In this document: positions 45,046 through 57,085 of the stretch, one piece after another
Layout: each line of letters starts with the position of its first letter
Position numbering within the stretch: position 1 is the first letter of the stretch
Assembly: GCA_905178155.1 (NCBI GenBank)
Contig: CAJINV010000002.1
Coordinates: 9,554,650-9,618,649, forward strand
Length of the DNA stretch: 64,000 bases
Reading direction: 5' to 3'
Source: Amoebophrya sp. A120
Lineage: Eukaryota > Protista > Dinoflagellata
The notes under the pieces: generated by a model
What the model was told of the DNA's origin: nothing
The model's database searches: none
Seen by the model: only the letters and a program-made list of their open reading frames with translations
Position numbers and translations under genes: made by a program

Positions 45046-46466
45046 ATGGCGAAAAGTAAGAAGGGAAAAGCGACTTCCGCCGCGGCGACGGTCCTCACGG
45101 ACGAGGAGCGCCGACGGCGCGAGGAGCAGCGCCAGGTGCAGCAACTGGTGTTGCGGCTGAAGAAGGAGAACGCGAGCGAGGAGGAGATCAAGCGCCAGAA
45201 GAACCGGCTGAAGACGGATTTGAAGTACTCCACGCAAGAGAAGCGCGACTACTGGCGGGAACAGAAGAAGAAGAACGCGGAGACCAAAAGAAATGTCGGC
45301 GCAGGTTGTGACCCTTCCTCGTCCAGCAGTGGTCCTCCTGCCACCGGAGAAGCAGCAGGAACGGGCCTAGGACCGCAAGAGGAACGAGTTGGCGAAAGTG
45401 AGGCGTGCAGCGTCGACGTTGCTGGTGGTGGTGGTACAACAAGCTCAGGGATCCTCGTCGGACCAAATTCGAACAAGCGGAGGAGAGGCGAGGAGACGGA
45501 TAGGGTACAAACCGCAAAGGCTGGGACCACCACCGCGCAAGACGACGAGGACCTGTCGGATTCGGCCGAAGAGGCGGACGAGAACCTGCAGAAACAGCAC
45601 GAGGTGATCATCATCCCGATCGTGTGGCGGGGCCGGCACGATCGGCACTTGCTGATGGAGGCCGCGGAAAACGTGAAGCGGGTCTTGGCGCAACAGGGTA
45701 TCAACACCTGGATCGATTCGAGGCGCCAGCACACGCCCGGCCAAAAGTTCGCGTTCTGGGAGCACAAGGGCGTCAAGTTCCGGATCGAGATCGGGCCCAA
45801 GGACTTCGAGCGCGGAAAGCTGTGTCTCTGTAAACACCCAGTCATCCCCGGGGACTTTCAAAACACAAAGAAAATGTACCGAATAAGGCCAGTTTTGATT
45901 ATTAATCTTGCGTCGCTTTTTCTTCCCGCGATAATTGACAGTGAGTTAATGCGTAAAAATGCACCATTCGAATTCCAAATCTCATCGTCTGATAAAGTTC
46001 CATTGATTTCGAAACTTCTGTCCCCACGGCTCAATAACACGACGCGATTATTAAAAAAAACAACAACAACAGCTTCGTCCCGCTGCCACCAGAGGGCGCA
46101 CGCGAGCTGCTCGTGCAGCTGCAGAAGTTTGGGTTCGAAAAGCTGCAGGGCACGATTCGCGACGCCGACGAACAAGGCGAGAACCACGAAGCGGGTGGTG
46201 AGGAGGTGCCCCGGGATTACAGCACCCTCTACGACCGGTCGAAGGAGATCGGGGGCACGGTGGCCGACTACACCCACCGCTTCTCGTCCACGCATGAGGT
46301 AACGAAGTTCGGCGGCGGCGGCATCCTCAAGCCCGGCGTGGGGGACAGGAGCGGCGCCAGTGGGGACGCACTCACGGAAAACTTCCAGCTCACGACAAAG
46401 CAAGCTGCAGAGGAGGACGACAACCGCGCGACACAACCAAAAAAGAAGAAAAGGAAAGTGCGATGA
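45046..46466 (+). CDS. Stand-alone ProRS-type (HGTP) anticodon-binding domain protein; GT-AG intron 45876-46072
   Basis: VIIIPI..IDSR..TPGQKFAFWEHKGVKFRIEIGPKD; no catalytic domain; basic N- and C-termini. Confidence 0.8.
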
Positions 46467-47089
46467 TGAGTTGCGCTTTTGTGCCGTGCATGATTGGGGT
46501 GCTGCGGCCCATTGACGTCTGTAGGCTCATAGTGCATTGTGTTTGTTGTTGAACAAGTGCGGTTGGAATTACTTAAACGAGCATCGAACCATGAAAGCAA
46601 GTTTGTGTAGCCACGCTGAACCTTGCAGACAACCAATACAGCCACAGCGAGCGAGAAATGCCGATTCGGTTATTGGAGAAGCCTCAGGAAATGCTTGCAG
46701 GATTCGCAATTTGTTGTTCGACTTCGTATCTTAACTGATTACTCGCTTTCGAATCATATTGACTTCGTACCAGCTGGGTGACTTCTACCAGCTTCAGGCG
46801 ACGAAAAAAATAGGCGAATGGTAGAACAAGTTCTTCTCTGCTCGTCAATGCAAGAGTGAGAGAAGCTGCACCCGATGGAGATGTGTGTCAGTTTGTTTTG
46901 CCAATGTTTTGACAGCTAGAGTTTTAAAAAAGCCGTAAATGATGTGCCAAAACTGCATAGACTTGCAAATGCAACAAGGTTCTTCGTCTTGGCACACCGT
47001 ATCGAATGTCGCTTCTTTTTCATTGCCAGCTCGTCGTTTTTGAAGTGGTGTTCCCACAAACTAGTTGATCAGCAAGAAGTAGGATTGAT

Positions 47090-47587
47090 ATGGCTTACGC
47101 CCACGCGGTCCGCGAGGTTTTGGGGACCATATACGTGAAGGTTGAGCGGGCGGAGGACCTGTTGCACCGCGATGGAATCGTCAGTACCTCTTCCGTGCCG
47201 CGGCCCGTCTTCGTCGGGAACCAGATCGTCCAGTACCGGCCGCCGCAGCCCGTCGGACAGATTCCCGTGCTCTTCCACCAGTTGAAAACGACCATCAAAG
47301 GCGTGATCCGGGACACGGCCTCCACCTCGGTTCTCGACCGCCTCCCGGTCGTCCGCGAGTTGAAGCAGACCTACGACTACGTGTTCGGCAACTTGAATGC
47401 GGACCGCGTGGACTCCATCCCCAGTCGCGTACACGACTCCCGGCTGAAACTGGAACAACTCGTCGCCCTCGTTCACGCCAAGGCCGGCGGCAGCGCGGCC
47501 GATGACGTGCTCAGCTGCGCAACCGCAGACCTGAAGTACGTGGATCCTTGGCCCTACGTGCATCCGACGGGAATCGGAACATTTTGA
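47090..47587 (+). CDS. Hypothetical protein (165 aa)
   Basis: ATG-initiated ORF with GC-rich codon pattern like neighbouring exons. Confidence 0.55.
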   Translation: MAYAHAVREVLGTIYVKVERAEDLLHRDGIVSTSSVPRPVFVGNQIVQYRPPQPVGQIPVLFHQLKTTIKGVIRDTASTSVLDRLPVVRELKQTYDYVFGNLNADRVDSIPSRVHDSRLKLEQLVALVHAKAGGSAADDVLSCATADLKYVDPWPYVHPTGIGTF

Positions 47588-48248
47588 AAAAGATTTCGTA
47601 CCAATAATTTTGCAGAGACGTTTCTCATTTTTGACTGTACGATGTTGGGACTCGACTACACAAAGGAACGCAGTAAATCAAGAATTTTCAAGAAACACTC
47701 ACATACTACGACTTCTTCCCGCTGCGGGTCTCACCAACCCGGAGCTGCAGACAGTTTCTGTTTCCCAAATCGCAACCTTCAACGAGGTCGAGACGAACTG
47801 AAGCGGAAGCTTCTTTTATGAGTAATACTTCGGGTCGATGAAAATAAAGCGACTTCGCCAGCAAGTTCTATTTTGGACAAGGATGGGACGACGATAAAAG
47901 TGTCTTGTTCACATGTTCGCGTTCCTATGCATGAGACTTTTTTCACGTTCAGATTCAGAACATGCGGGTTATTTTCTAATTCTCCCTACGGTTACCCTTA
48001 CCAGTAGGAACAGAGCGCCACTGCCGCTTACTCCGTTTCGGTTGTGTCGGCCGAGTAGCTTTATGTCGAACCGCTTTTCGTTATTTTTACGCTCAGGAGG
48101 TGCGGCAAAAAGAAAAACAAAAAGTAAAATAGCGTATTCGTAAAGCTAGCCGGCTTTCATGCTATTGCTTGGGCGCGAAACCTACACACGAATAATATAT
48201 GTAGTTGCTTGAGTGCAGATCTTCGTTTGTAAAGTCAATGTGAAAATT

Positions 48249-50516
48249 ATGAGGTCGCGGCGGCGCAAGGCCGGCCTCGCTTCGGTTCCGAAGCCACGTG
48301 TCTCTCCACCTGGTCGCCGAAGTTTCTACCACGCGGTCGCGGTTCACTATGTGTCGTTGGCCGTTGGCTTTTTCGTGTCGTGTGTGACCGGTGTCTTGGT
48401 CGTTCCCTCCAAGGAAGACAATGCTGGTGTGAACCAAATCGCGACACCGGTGGTCATTCCGAGCGTCGCGACGCCAGCGGAAGTGGCGAGCGAGGATGTT
48501 GAGGGTGGGAAAAAGAAGGGACCCGGCGACAGTGCGGTTGGCGAAGACCGAAGCGTCAGAGGTGTTGAAGGTGCACCAGAGGCACCACCTGCTGATGTAA
48601 CCACGCCAACAACCGCCGCGAGTACGCGCAGCGGTGGGGTGGAACAAATTGACCGCCTGGGTGAGGCCACATCCGCAGATGCAAGGAACAAGGAGGCGCT
48701 CGGATCCACTTCTTCAACGCGAGCAGGTGGTGGTCCGCTGCAGCAAATTTCCGGGAGCGGAACAGCCGGGGGTGCTTCGTACAGCACTGGAGCGTCGCAC
48801 GGGCAGAACGTGAACAGCAACAAACCCCGGCCAGCCATCGCAGAGTTCAAGTCAACGCTGCCGCTGCCGCCGCACATCGCCTTCAAGTATCCGCCGCGGA
48901 TCGAGGACGTGTTGGATGAAGAGGTGAATTCCTTTGCCGGAGCCGCGTCCAAATTTCAGGACGGGGACATTTTGAGCAGCGCAGCCCCCGGTGCTGCTTC
49001 CTCGGCGGGCAGCGCGCCCGGCGGGGCCTTGTCCGGTGCCAGGTCGTTGCAGAATGCGTACCCGACCGCCCAGGAGTTGGCCGACATCCAGAATCCCCAC
49101 CTCTTTCGCGACGCGACAGGCTCGGCTTCCTCCCCGGGCGGAAGCGGTGCGGCTCGTACGGAAACCGTGCTGTCCACCCCCGTGCAGCCCGCCAAGCTCG
49201 GGCCGGCAACGGAGCGCAGAATTTTGGAGCAAGCGATCGCGCGGAACGGGGTGCTCTTTGAGCCGCGGGACCAGGTGGCGCCGAAGGTGCCGCAGAGCGC
49301 GGTGTTCGAGCGGAGCCTCGTGAAGATCCCGGACCAAATCGGCAGCGCGCGGGCCGGTGCGGCCGCACTGGGCTCGCCCGCGGAGGTGGCCGGAAATTTC
49401 GCGCGCGAGTGGGCGCAGAAGGCCGACCTGCAGGATTTACCGACGCTGTCCATCGCGCCCGCGGACCAGTATCCGCTCCTGGACGCGGCGGACCCGCAAC
49501 TGGCCGCGGCGAAAGCCGCCCAGGACGAGCGGGTGTGGGGCGAGCAGGCAGACCGGAGTGCCGACGCTACGGGCGAAGACCTGCAGGACGACAGCACCAC
49601 ACCGGGCGAGGAGGGCAGCACGACCACATCCGCGGCAACAGGCGGTCCGCCCACCGGACCCGGCGCCGCTGTGCCGTCCGCCACGGTGTGGGATACGCAG
49701 AAGTTGGGAAAGTGGGTGGACAACTTTGCGGAGCGGGCGGTGGCGCTGACCACGAAGGCCATCACGCCGAAAATAACGCAGAACGTAGAGCAGGTCGTAC
49801 GGGCCGAGCTGGTATGAAAGCGAAAATTGCGTGGTGCTCTTTTGCTTGCAAGTACTGAGTATTGATACATAGCTGAGATAACTGTCACCTGAGTAAAAAT
49901 TTCGCAACAAAATATGCTGCGAATTTGCTCCGCGAATGTGCTGGTCCATCCAGCATCAGCATTTCATCCCGGAACAAGCGCAATATCAATGTGCACGGGC
50001 GAGATGAAATAAAGTAGAAAGTTAGTACCTACGACCGCGTGCCGCCTCGGCATAGCTTCCCATCCATGCGCAAGAAAAGATGCATGTTGCCGCCGCCGAG
50101 GACGCACGATCTCCAATTTTTAGCTCTCATAGCTGGCGAAGGCGTTTCCGCCGCCCGCCGTAGCACCGGTTCCCACGCCGGGCAGTGGCCAGGGTTCCTC
50201 GTCCGGCTCCTTTGGGTCTAGCGGTAGCGCGGCAGCCAATGCCAACATGTCCGTGGCTAGTGCGTTTTCTGGCTCCGGAAGCCGCGGGACCGGGTCGTAC
50301 CCCGTAATATCGGGTAGCAGCACCGGAAGGCTTCCGATCAAAGAGGAGGGCACTGAAATTCAGCCGAGCACCCCAGCGGTTCCGGGAAGCAAAGGTAGTG
50401 TCGTCATTAACGACGCCCCGACGGTTGTGGTGCAACGGGTTGTGCAGTCGACGCCCCCGGAAAACAAAATCGACATATTGGCGTACAAAGACCTCTATCC
50501 GGTGGGTAGCAAGTAG
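48249..50516 (+). CDS. Low-complexity Ala/Ser/Gly/Pro-rich protein with an N-terminal hydrophobic anchor; intron ~49813-50136; 3' end uncertain
   Basis: Long ORF, TM-like AVAVHYVSLAVGFFVSCVTGVLVV, in-frame second exon. Confidence 0.65.
49813..50136 (+). mobile_element. Introner-type intron that is also readable as GT-AG (49812-50132)
   Basis: Perfect DR GCTGG; IR TATGAAAGC..AAAATTG / CAATTTT..GCTCTCATA. Confidence 0.88.
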
Positions 50517-51284
50517 GGAAAATGTATGCTACCAAGAATGCCTGGGCATCAGTTGTTGCGCCACGACTACTTTTTCTTTTCCAGTAGACCGGAAGGATTG
50601 CTTTCTGTGAAAGTTAGACTATAGTTGTGACAGATTTGTTTCTCGTTTCGAGGTCAGAAGTTCTGTTTTCAGCCAACAAGCACACTAAGATCGAGAAGAA
50701 AAACAATGGCAGTGGCTGGTTTCACTCGGACTTTTTGTTCCCTCGGAGCAACCGTGTTCCGTCAGTGTTGGGAATATGATGTGGATCGAAGCGCAGCTCG
50801 CAAGAAGAAACGCTCTCTTTATCTGGACTGCTTGTGAGTGCTTACTCTCTTGCTTCGATTTGCAGTGCACGAGGCAATGGCGTATTGTTGTTACAAAGTA
50901 CGGTATCGTAGAAAGTGACAGCAAACAGTAGGTCGATACAGCGAGCGCTATGTCGCTACACAGGCTAGTCCTTCTGTTCGACACTCTGAATTCTGGTATA
51001 CAACTTTATGTGATTTGCAAATATTTTGAATTACGTTGACTATTGTCCTTGTCCTTTCCTGCATTACTTTCGATGGTCGTGGTATAGCGCTCTTCATGTA
51101 GTTAAGTCCGTGGAGGCACAAATGCGTATGCAGCAGCATTAGGACGAGGAAGTGTGCTCTCTACACCGGTAACAGGAAGGATAATTTCCATGATGATGAT
51201 GTCCTATTAAGACGGACTAGAACCAGTACAAAAACGCGCAAGTAGATCTCTGTAACGACGTGGCGTGCGCCGGACCAATTCCTG

Positions 51285-53220
51285 ATGGCATCAGCAGGGA
51301 AGGCGGGTTCGGCAGCCCGCGACAAAGAGATTCGGGAGGTCTTCGATATCACGGAAAGGCTAGCATACCATCTATCATCCTGATGTAGTATGCGAAAATA
51401 AACAGCACGGCAAATAAGCACTCTTCTGATCATGCGCACGCCCGTAGCGCGCCGCTGCGGGAATGCAGCACAAGAAAGTTCTTTTGCAATACTGTGAATC
51501 TTTTCATGATTCCGAAATATGGTATGCTAGGACTTTTCTCCAGGATGTGCGACCTGTTTGACAAGGATAAGAAAAATGTGGTGAAAATAGAAGAGCTATC
51601 GGATTGATGCGAAGGTTTTGCTGTCCCGGAAGAGATGAATTCGTGCTAGGCCAAGTCTCGCTTCCGAAGCATGCATCGTGTTGTTTGTTTCAGAAGTACA
51701 ACGCTGCAACTCCAAAAAACTGTATTTCCGATTTCGTAGCACTTTTTTTCACGCAACGTTGGCCACTTAAGAACGGCGCACTTTGACAAACCGGACCAAG
51801 TGACGAGCGCATTCTTTTCAATTTCATGCAAGACGAGTACAGCAATAAGCAAATGTTAAAAAATGTAGTCTGTCAATTTGTTGAATTCGTATTTGAATTT
51901 GGGAAGTAAAAGTATCGTTTGCAAGTTGCGCACGTTTCTCAGCTCTCCGCCCGGGGCAGTTTTTACCTGAAGAAAAACTCGGACTCATCTTGCGGTTATC
52001 CGCTACAAATGCAGTGTCTGGGTCTGCGGGAGAGTTGTGATGCTATTTTGAGGAGCAATGGTAAAAAGCAGAGGTCATGGTCACTGCACAACAGAAGAGC
52101 CTGACAAACTTTCTCACAGCTGCGGAGTTGTGTTGCCTAGTCTAGTGCGAACGGAAAATCGCATTTCTGTAAACTAGAAGGAGCAAGTACAAGCCGCATC
52201 CGCGATAATATTCCGTTGCAACGGACCTGCATGGCTACGGAGTCTGCTGTCCTCGTTTTAGCCGCGCATAAAAACCAGTTCTGCAATCAGCCAGACGCAG
52301 ACATAATATTTCCATGGTATAGCGGTCATTGGGGTATCAACTTTCGGACGCCGAGATCGGGCAGCTCGAAGGCCAATTCTTCGAACCGAAAGCACCCCCG
52401 GGGTCGGCACGCACCTTTGACTTCGTAAAGTTGCTCGAGATCTTGAACAGCAGCGAGACCACCATCCTGCGCAATGCCACGATGCAGAAGCGGTCGGATG
52501 CGATTTACGAGGCCTTTCGGGTGTATGGGGGTGTCAGGTGCTGGGAGCGCGACAGAATGGAAACTGAAACAGCTTGTCTTGCAGAAAACCGATTATACCA
52601 GTCGGATCTTCAGGCCCGCAGCGGTGCATGATGTCAAAGTTTGCCTACGCGTTGAGTTAGCGGGTCGCGCCAGTTGCAGTGACCAAGATAGGCACTTGTT
52701 CTGTTCTGCTCTTCAAGAAACTTTTCAGCACGTGTAGGAGCCTTAGTAGCCTTACAGTCGGGGCCGCTTACCTGCTCTGCTGCGAAACAGGCACTCTCTG
52801 CATGGCACTTCATTTATCAGAAAATTATATATGTTTTGCCTATCTCCCACCTGGCACTCTCACAGAGGCTTCGACGTCCGAGACACCGGCGAAGTGGATA
52901 CGAAAACAGGCGACTCCCCTGCCCCCTCTTTTGCATTAAACTGTTTACACGACTCGAAACATCAACGGCAAAAAAACATCTTCTGGATGCTAAGTAGAAT
53001 CCCGGCCTGAAGGACCGTCTCAGCCGTCGGAGCTTGTGGTGCAAGCACTGGTAGTACGAGGCAAGAAATTTGTAGCGAGTACTTGGCATAATTTCGCATG
53101 AGAAATGAGAGGAAGGGGCAGTTGGCTATGACCATACAGGACCTCGCGGAGTTGAAACACGTGCTGAGTACCATAGGAGAAAAGATGACTGAGGAGGAGC
53201 TGGAGGAAGTGTTTCAGAAC
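51285..53220 (+). CDS. Calmodulin/myosin-light-chain-like EF-hand protein split into small exons (51285-51346, 51553-~51596, ~52323-52523, 52870-52898, 53142-~53220; last exon unresolved)
   Basis: Spliced: KEIREVFDLFDKDKKNVVKIEEL..RSLGYQLSDAEI..IYEAFRVFDVRDTGEVDLAELKHVLSTIGEKMTEEELEEVF. Confidence 0.85.
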
Positions 53221-55669
53221 TACAGCGCGTCCGTATCCTCGTGAGAAAAAATTATCCCCCATCGTCCCAACAGAAACTCGTTTCTTGTTCATTTGATGCG
53301 GCCTGTGGGCCGCATCTAATCTCCTAGGAGTGATTGCAGGCAAAGCGAGACAAATAAAAATTCTCTGCATTTGCAATCCGGTATGACTATGCAACAGGAC
53401 CTGCATGCTCGAGAGCTTTTTTGGCGCTGCTCTAAGTACTCGGGACTTAGACAAAGATGACTTATTTCTGCGGGAGGGGAGATTTTTCTGCGTGATATTC
53501 GGAGCAGTTGAATTTTTCCGAATTTTTGAGGACTTCACTCCAGAACTGACGGCCGGCTCGCTTGGAGGATATCGTTCGCATTACTGCAGGTGCCAGCACG
53601 GCAGACAATAGGCTTGAATACCACGCAGCTCTTTATTTAGGAGCCCACCTGCAACATCAATACCTGAGACCGCACGAACTGACTTTAGGTGTTGGCTCGT
53701 GATGTCCCTCAAGCTCGCTCAAACCCAGCGACAGATGTTTTACCAGAGCAGCCTGATGTTCTCGTTTCTTCGTAGAGGAACTGAGCAGTTTACATCAGTA
53801 AAAAAAGTTGACGATCGTAGCGCACCTTTCTTTGTGGTACGAACATAAGAGGAATATACTGAACGCGTTCCCGCCCCGTTCGAAAGTCGTCTTCGGAAGG
53901 TTTACTGTGTCGTGCCTGTGTAGTTGATAGAATGGCGAGAGGACTGCTCGAAGTCGTGACAGTCATCGTTCGAGTTGAGTTTATCGTCCTGCTCCTCGGA
54001 ATCGCTGAGAAGCAGAAGAGTGTGTTTTCGGAACATCGCGCTGCGTCAATCGGATTGAGTATGTAGGTATTTGGAAGCAATGTCTGTCTTGTTTCCATAG
54101 CGCGTCATGATATATCTTCGTCATCCTCGTGGCGTGCGAAGCCTTAACTTCAATCCACCATTGAACTGCAGCAGAAAAGGAAAAAATTTAGTAAAACGCG
54201 GCCGCCGTCGGCTTTTATTGTGGTGGTCGGTCGTAGGACTTCCAGTGTTTTTCTTATACTTATTTATCACTTTCTGTCACTTTTTTGAAGGCCTCTCAGT
54301 AGACTTCAGCTGGAAGAACAACAAGGTCCATGTCGATAAGTAGTAGTGCCAGGTAGCCGAACTCGCCGACCCTCGCAGTTGAATCGCGACACGTCTCGGT
54401 GCACGATGCCGGCCATATCGTGCTGAAAAGACCCTCCGACATAGGAACTTCGACCTGTTTGTGAAATGAATTTATGAAAACTGTGTCAGTACGTACGTCG
54501 TTCATTAATGTTGTGTATCGAAGGGATTGTGATATCCTCGATTCTATGAGCTTTCTTCCGTGCGTTCATGTGTCGGGAAGTGGTGGTCTTTTCGCTCTGA
54601 TACAGTGGATACTTCGCAGGGATGCTAACGGACCTCCTGGACTTTCCCGTGTTTTATCAGATTCAACTGCGCCTTCGTATTGTCTTGTACGTGCAACTAC
54701 ATGAAGCCTAGCGCTTCTGGTTGGCCCCCAGTATTTTTTTGCAGGAAAGAATAGGAGAAAGGGTGGCTAGCTGTCGCACTGGACATGATTGGTAATTAGT
54801 GCTCGTCAGTAGCAGGAGCACCATCAATTTCATTGTGTGCAGAAAGCCAGAAATTCTTGCTTTGTTTCCAGCAGATAGAGGCTGCACGAACTCAAACTGT
54901 GTGGTCCTTCGTGCCACGGTGGTCCATTTCAGGGTGTTTTTGTTTTAGGTTCGCAGCGGGCGCATGTGTGTCTGTGGGAACGAGGAGGGCGACGATTTGT
55001 TGCCGACCCCAGCAAATCAATGAAGCAGGGTATTTTTACAGTCGAGACTCCGACTGAGGATGGCTCGGCTTCAATTTTCAATTTGTACTACAACTCCTAT
55101 GCCGTGTTGCAAGAATCGTTAAAGTCATGTGTCACTTTCTTGTTACAACGGGCAAAAACGTGATATTCCTACATTGTCATTGTATTGCAAGACAAGGCTG
55201 TATGAAGGTGTGTTTGCACTTGATACGGGGCAATCAACCTCCCGGAGCACAGGGCCAGCTCGAGGTATCGCATTGGAAAAAGAATCCTCCTGGATTAAGT
55301 CGCGCTGTTGTGCGTGGTCCTACCGTGCAATCGCGCGAGATAAAGAGAGGCTGGCATTTTATTACTTACACAACAATATTTATGAGATACAAAAGGTCTG
55401 CGAACAAGGATCTGTTTGGTGCAAGACGTATTCCCAGGCACGCATTCTCTTCGTCCGCATCTTTAGATATAGTGAACTAGGTTCGCTTCAAAAGCGCACG
55501 ACAGCAGGGTGGCAGTGATTCAGTCTAGATGTTTTTTCCATCCACACCGTGATTTTCCGCCATACAAGAGACGAGCGAAACAGCATGTGGTTACGCCGGA
55601 ATTCGAAGGACGCAGCAGCGCGGCAGTTTTCTCGCAACGAGCGCAACGGGCGGCGACGTTTCGGTAGCA

Positions 55670-57085
55670 ATGACCGGTAGTGCACGCGCGGGCGGAGCGC
55701 AGAGGAAAAGGAGGGCCGGAGGGTCGACGACCTCTTTCGCGGCGTACAATGCGGACAAGTTTATTCCGCTGACACGCTTTCGTCAACAGCACCGGCGGAC
55801 GGAATACGGCAGGGGCAAAAAACTCTCTCACACTGTGTCTGCATGTTGGGAACGAAAAATAAAGGTGTGGTAGGAATTTGTATTTTTTAGCATGCCATAT
55901 GATGATGATGGTTTTCGCCAGAGGAACGAAAATTCCCCGTCCGGCTCAATGAATATGTCACTGCAATGAATTCTTGGCACCTTCACTACCGTGGTGTAGC
56001 CATAAGTACTTCTGCGCCTTTTCTCAATGGGTGGAAAGAACGTCTCCAAGTACTGAAACTCAGAACGAGACTGGGAAAGCGTTTTTTCCTTTCGATACAG
56101 AAGACGGGCGGCTGTGTGCGGCTGCTTTCATCCAAGACCAGCAACCCTTCACGAACTGCACCGACATTGCCGCCCCCACGCCTTTAGGCCCGGAAAAAAG
56201 GTCACGCGGTCGTGCACAATAGTTGAAGAGTAAGCTTGCATGTTGCACACAACCTTGAAGATGCTGCCAGCATATTTTGGTTATGCAAAAACGTACTTAA
56301 ATTAACACAGCACAAGAACAGTTCATGTGGCATGAGTACACATTTCCACCCTTGGTTTCCTCTCGGTGAGAAGAGAACTTTGGTGCACCTGTCATGTTTG
56401 TTGGTCGCAATCGTGCTGCTAGGAATTCAATTGATTCGAATTCTCACGACTGCGTGGCTTTGGCAAGTCATAATCCTCCGCCGAAAACGTCGTGGGTCGC
56501 GAATGGTGCTACGTCGAGGCTTATCCAAGTGTAAAGTGTCCCCTTCAGTTTGGAACAAAAAAGAAGACTTCTTTTTCTTTTCATGCAAAGTTGGATCGGG
56601 TTGAATACAGGAAAGCAGATATTAGAGCTTTCTTCGGGCACTAGAGATGCATCACAACTAGAGGCAATGTCGCGCAGACGCAGCCAACGCAGAAGTCTGA
56701 ATTCCTCTGAGCGGGGCTCTTTCCATGATGATGTCGCTCAGCTACTCAACAAGCCAGTGAACGGTAAGTACATGAATAATGGACTTGATATTATTTGAAG
56801 ATGAAGAAAGTACATACAAAAAGCTAGAGCTGCGTCACCAAAACGGTAATTGCGGTAGCTTACATGAATTGAAAATTCAACGTAAATTTAAGTTTTCTTT
56901 AGGAGAATTTAGATTATCATCCCATGCAAGAACAGGTGAACCGGCACCAAATTGGGGCTATTGCCAACCTGTTCCGGATTACGACGAGCTCCGGCACGAC
57001 CTGGACAATGATAATCTGTCCGGTGTGGACCTTCCGGAAGGCGTGGAGCTTTCGGACGCCGAAATTGACAAAGCCGCGGAGATAT
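55670..57085 (+). CDS. Exons encoding an apicomplexan CCp5/FNPA-type fibronectin type II-like domain; probably part of a larger multi-exon gene (~54.2-60 kb)
   Basis: Spliced FRQQHRRTE-DGRLCAAAFIQDQQPFTNCTD..GREWCYVE..NWGYCQPVPDYDELR; family recalled from memory, not searched. Confidence 0.65.

Noticed and set aside
47090-47587. Fic/Doc domain call from the ..YVHP.G ending
   Set aside because: Lacks HPFxDGNGR; left as hypothetical
17030-56102. Treating in-gene interruptions as pseudogenising MITE insertions
   Set aside because: Flanking exons remain stop-free and in frame even around old, diverged insertions, which argues for splicing
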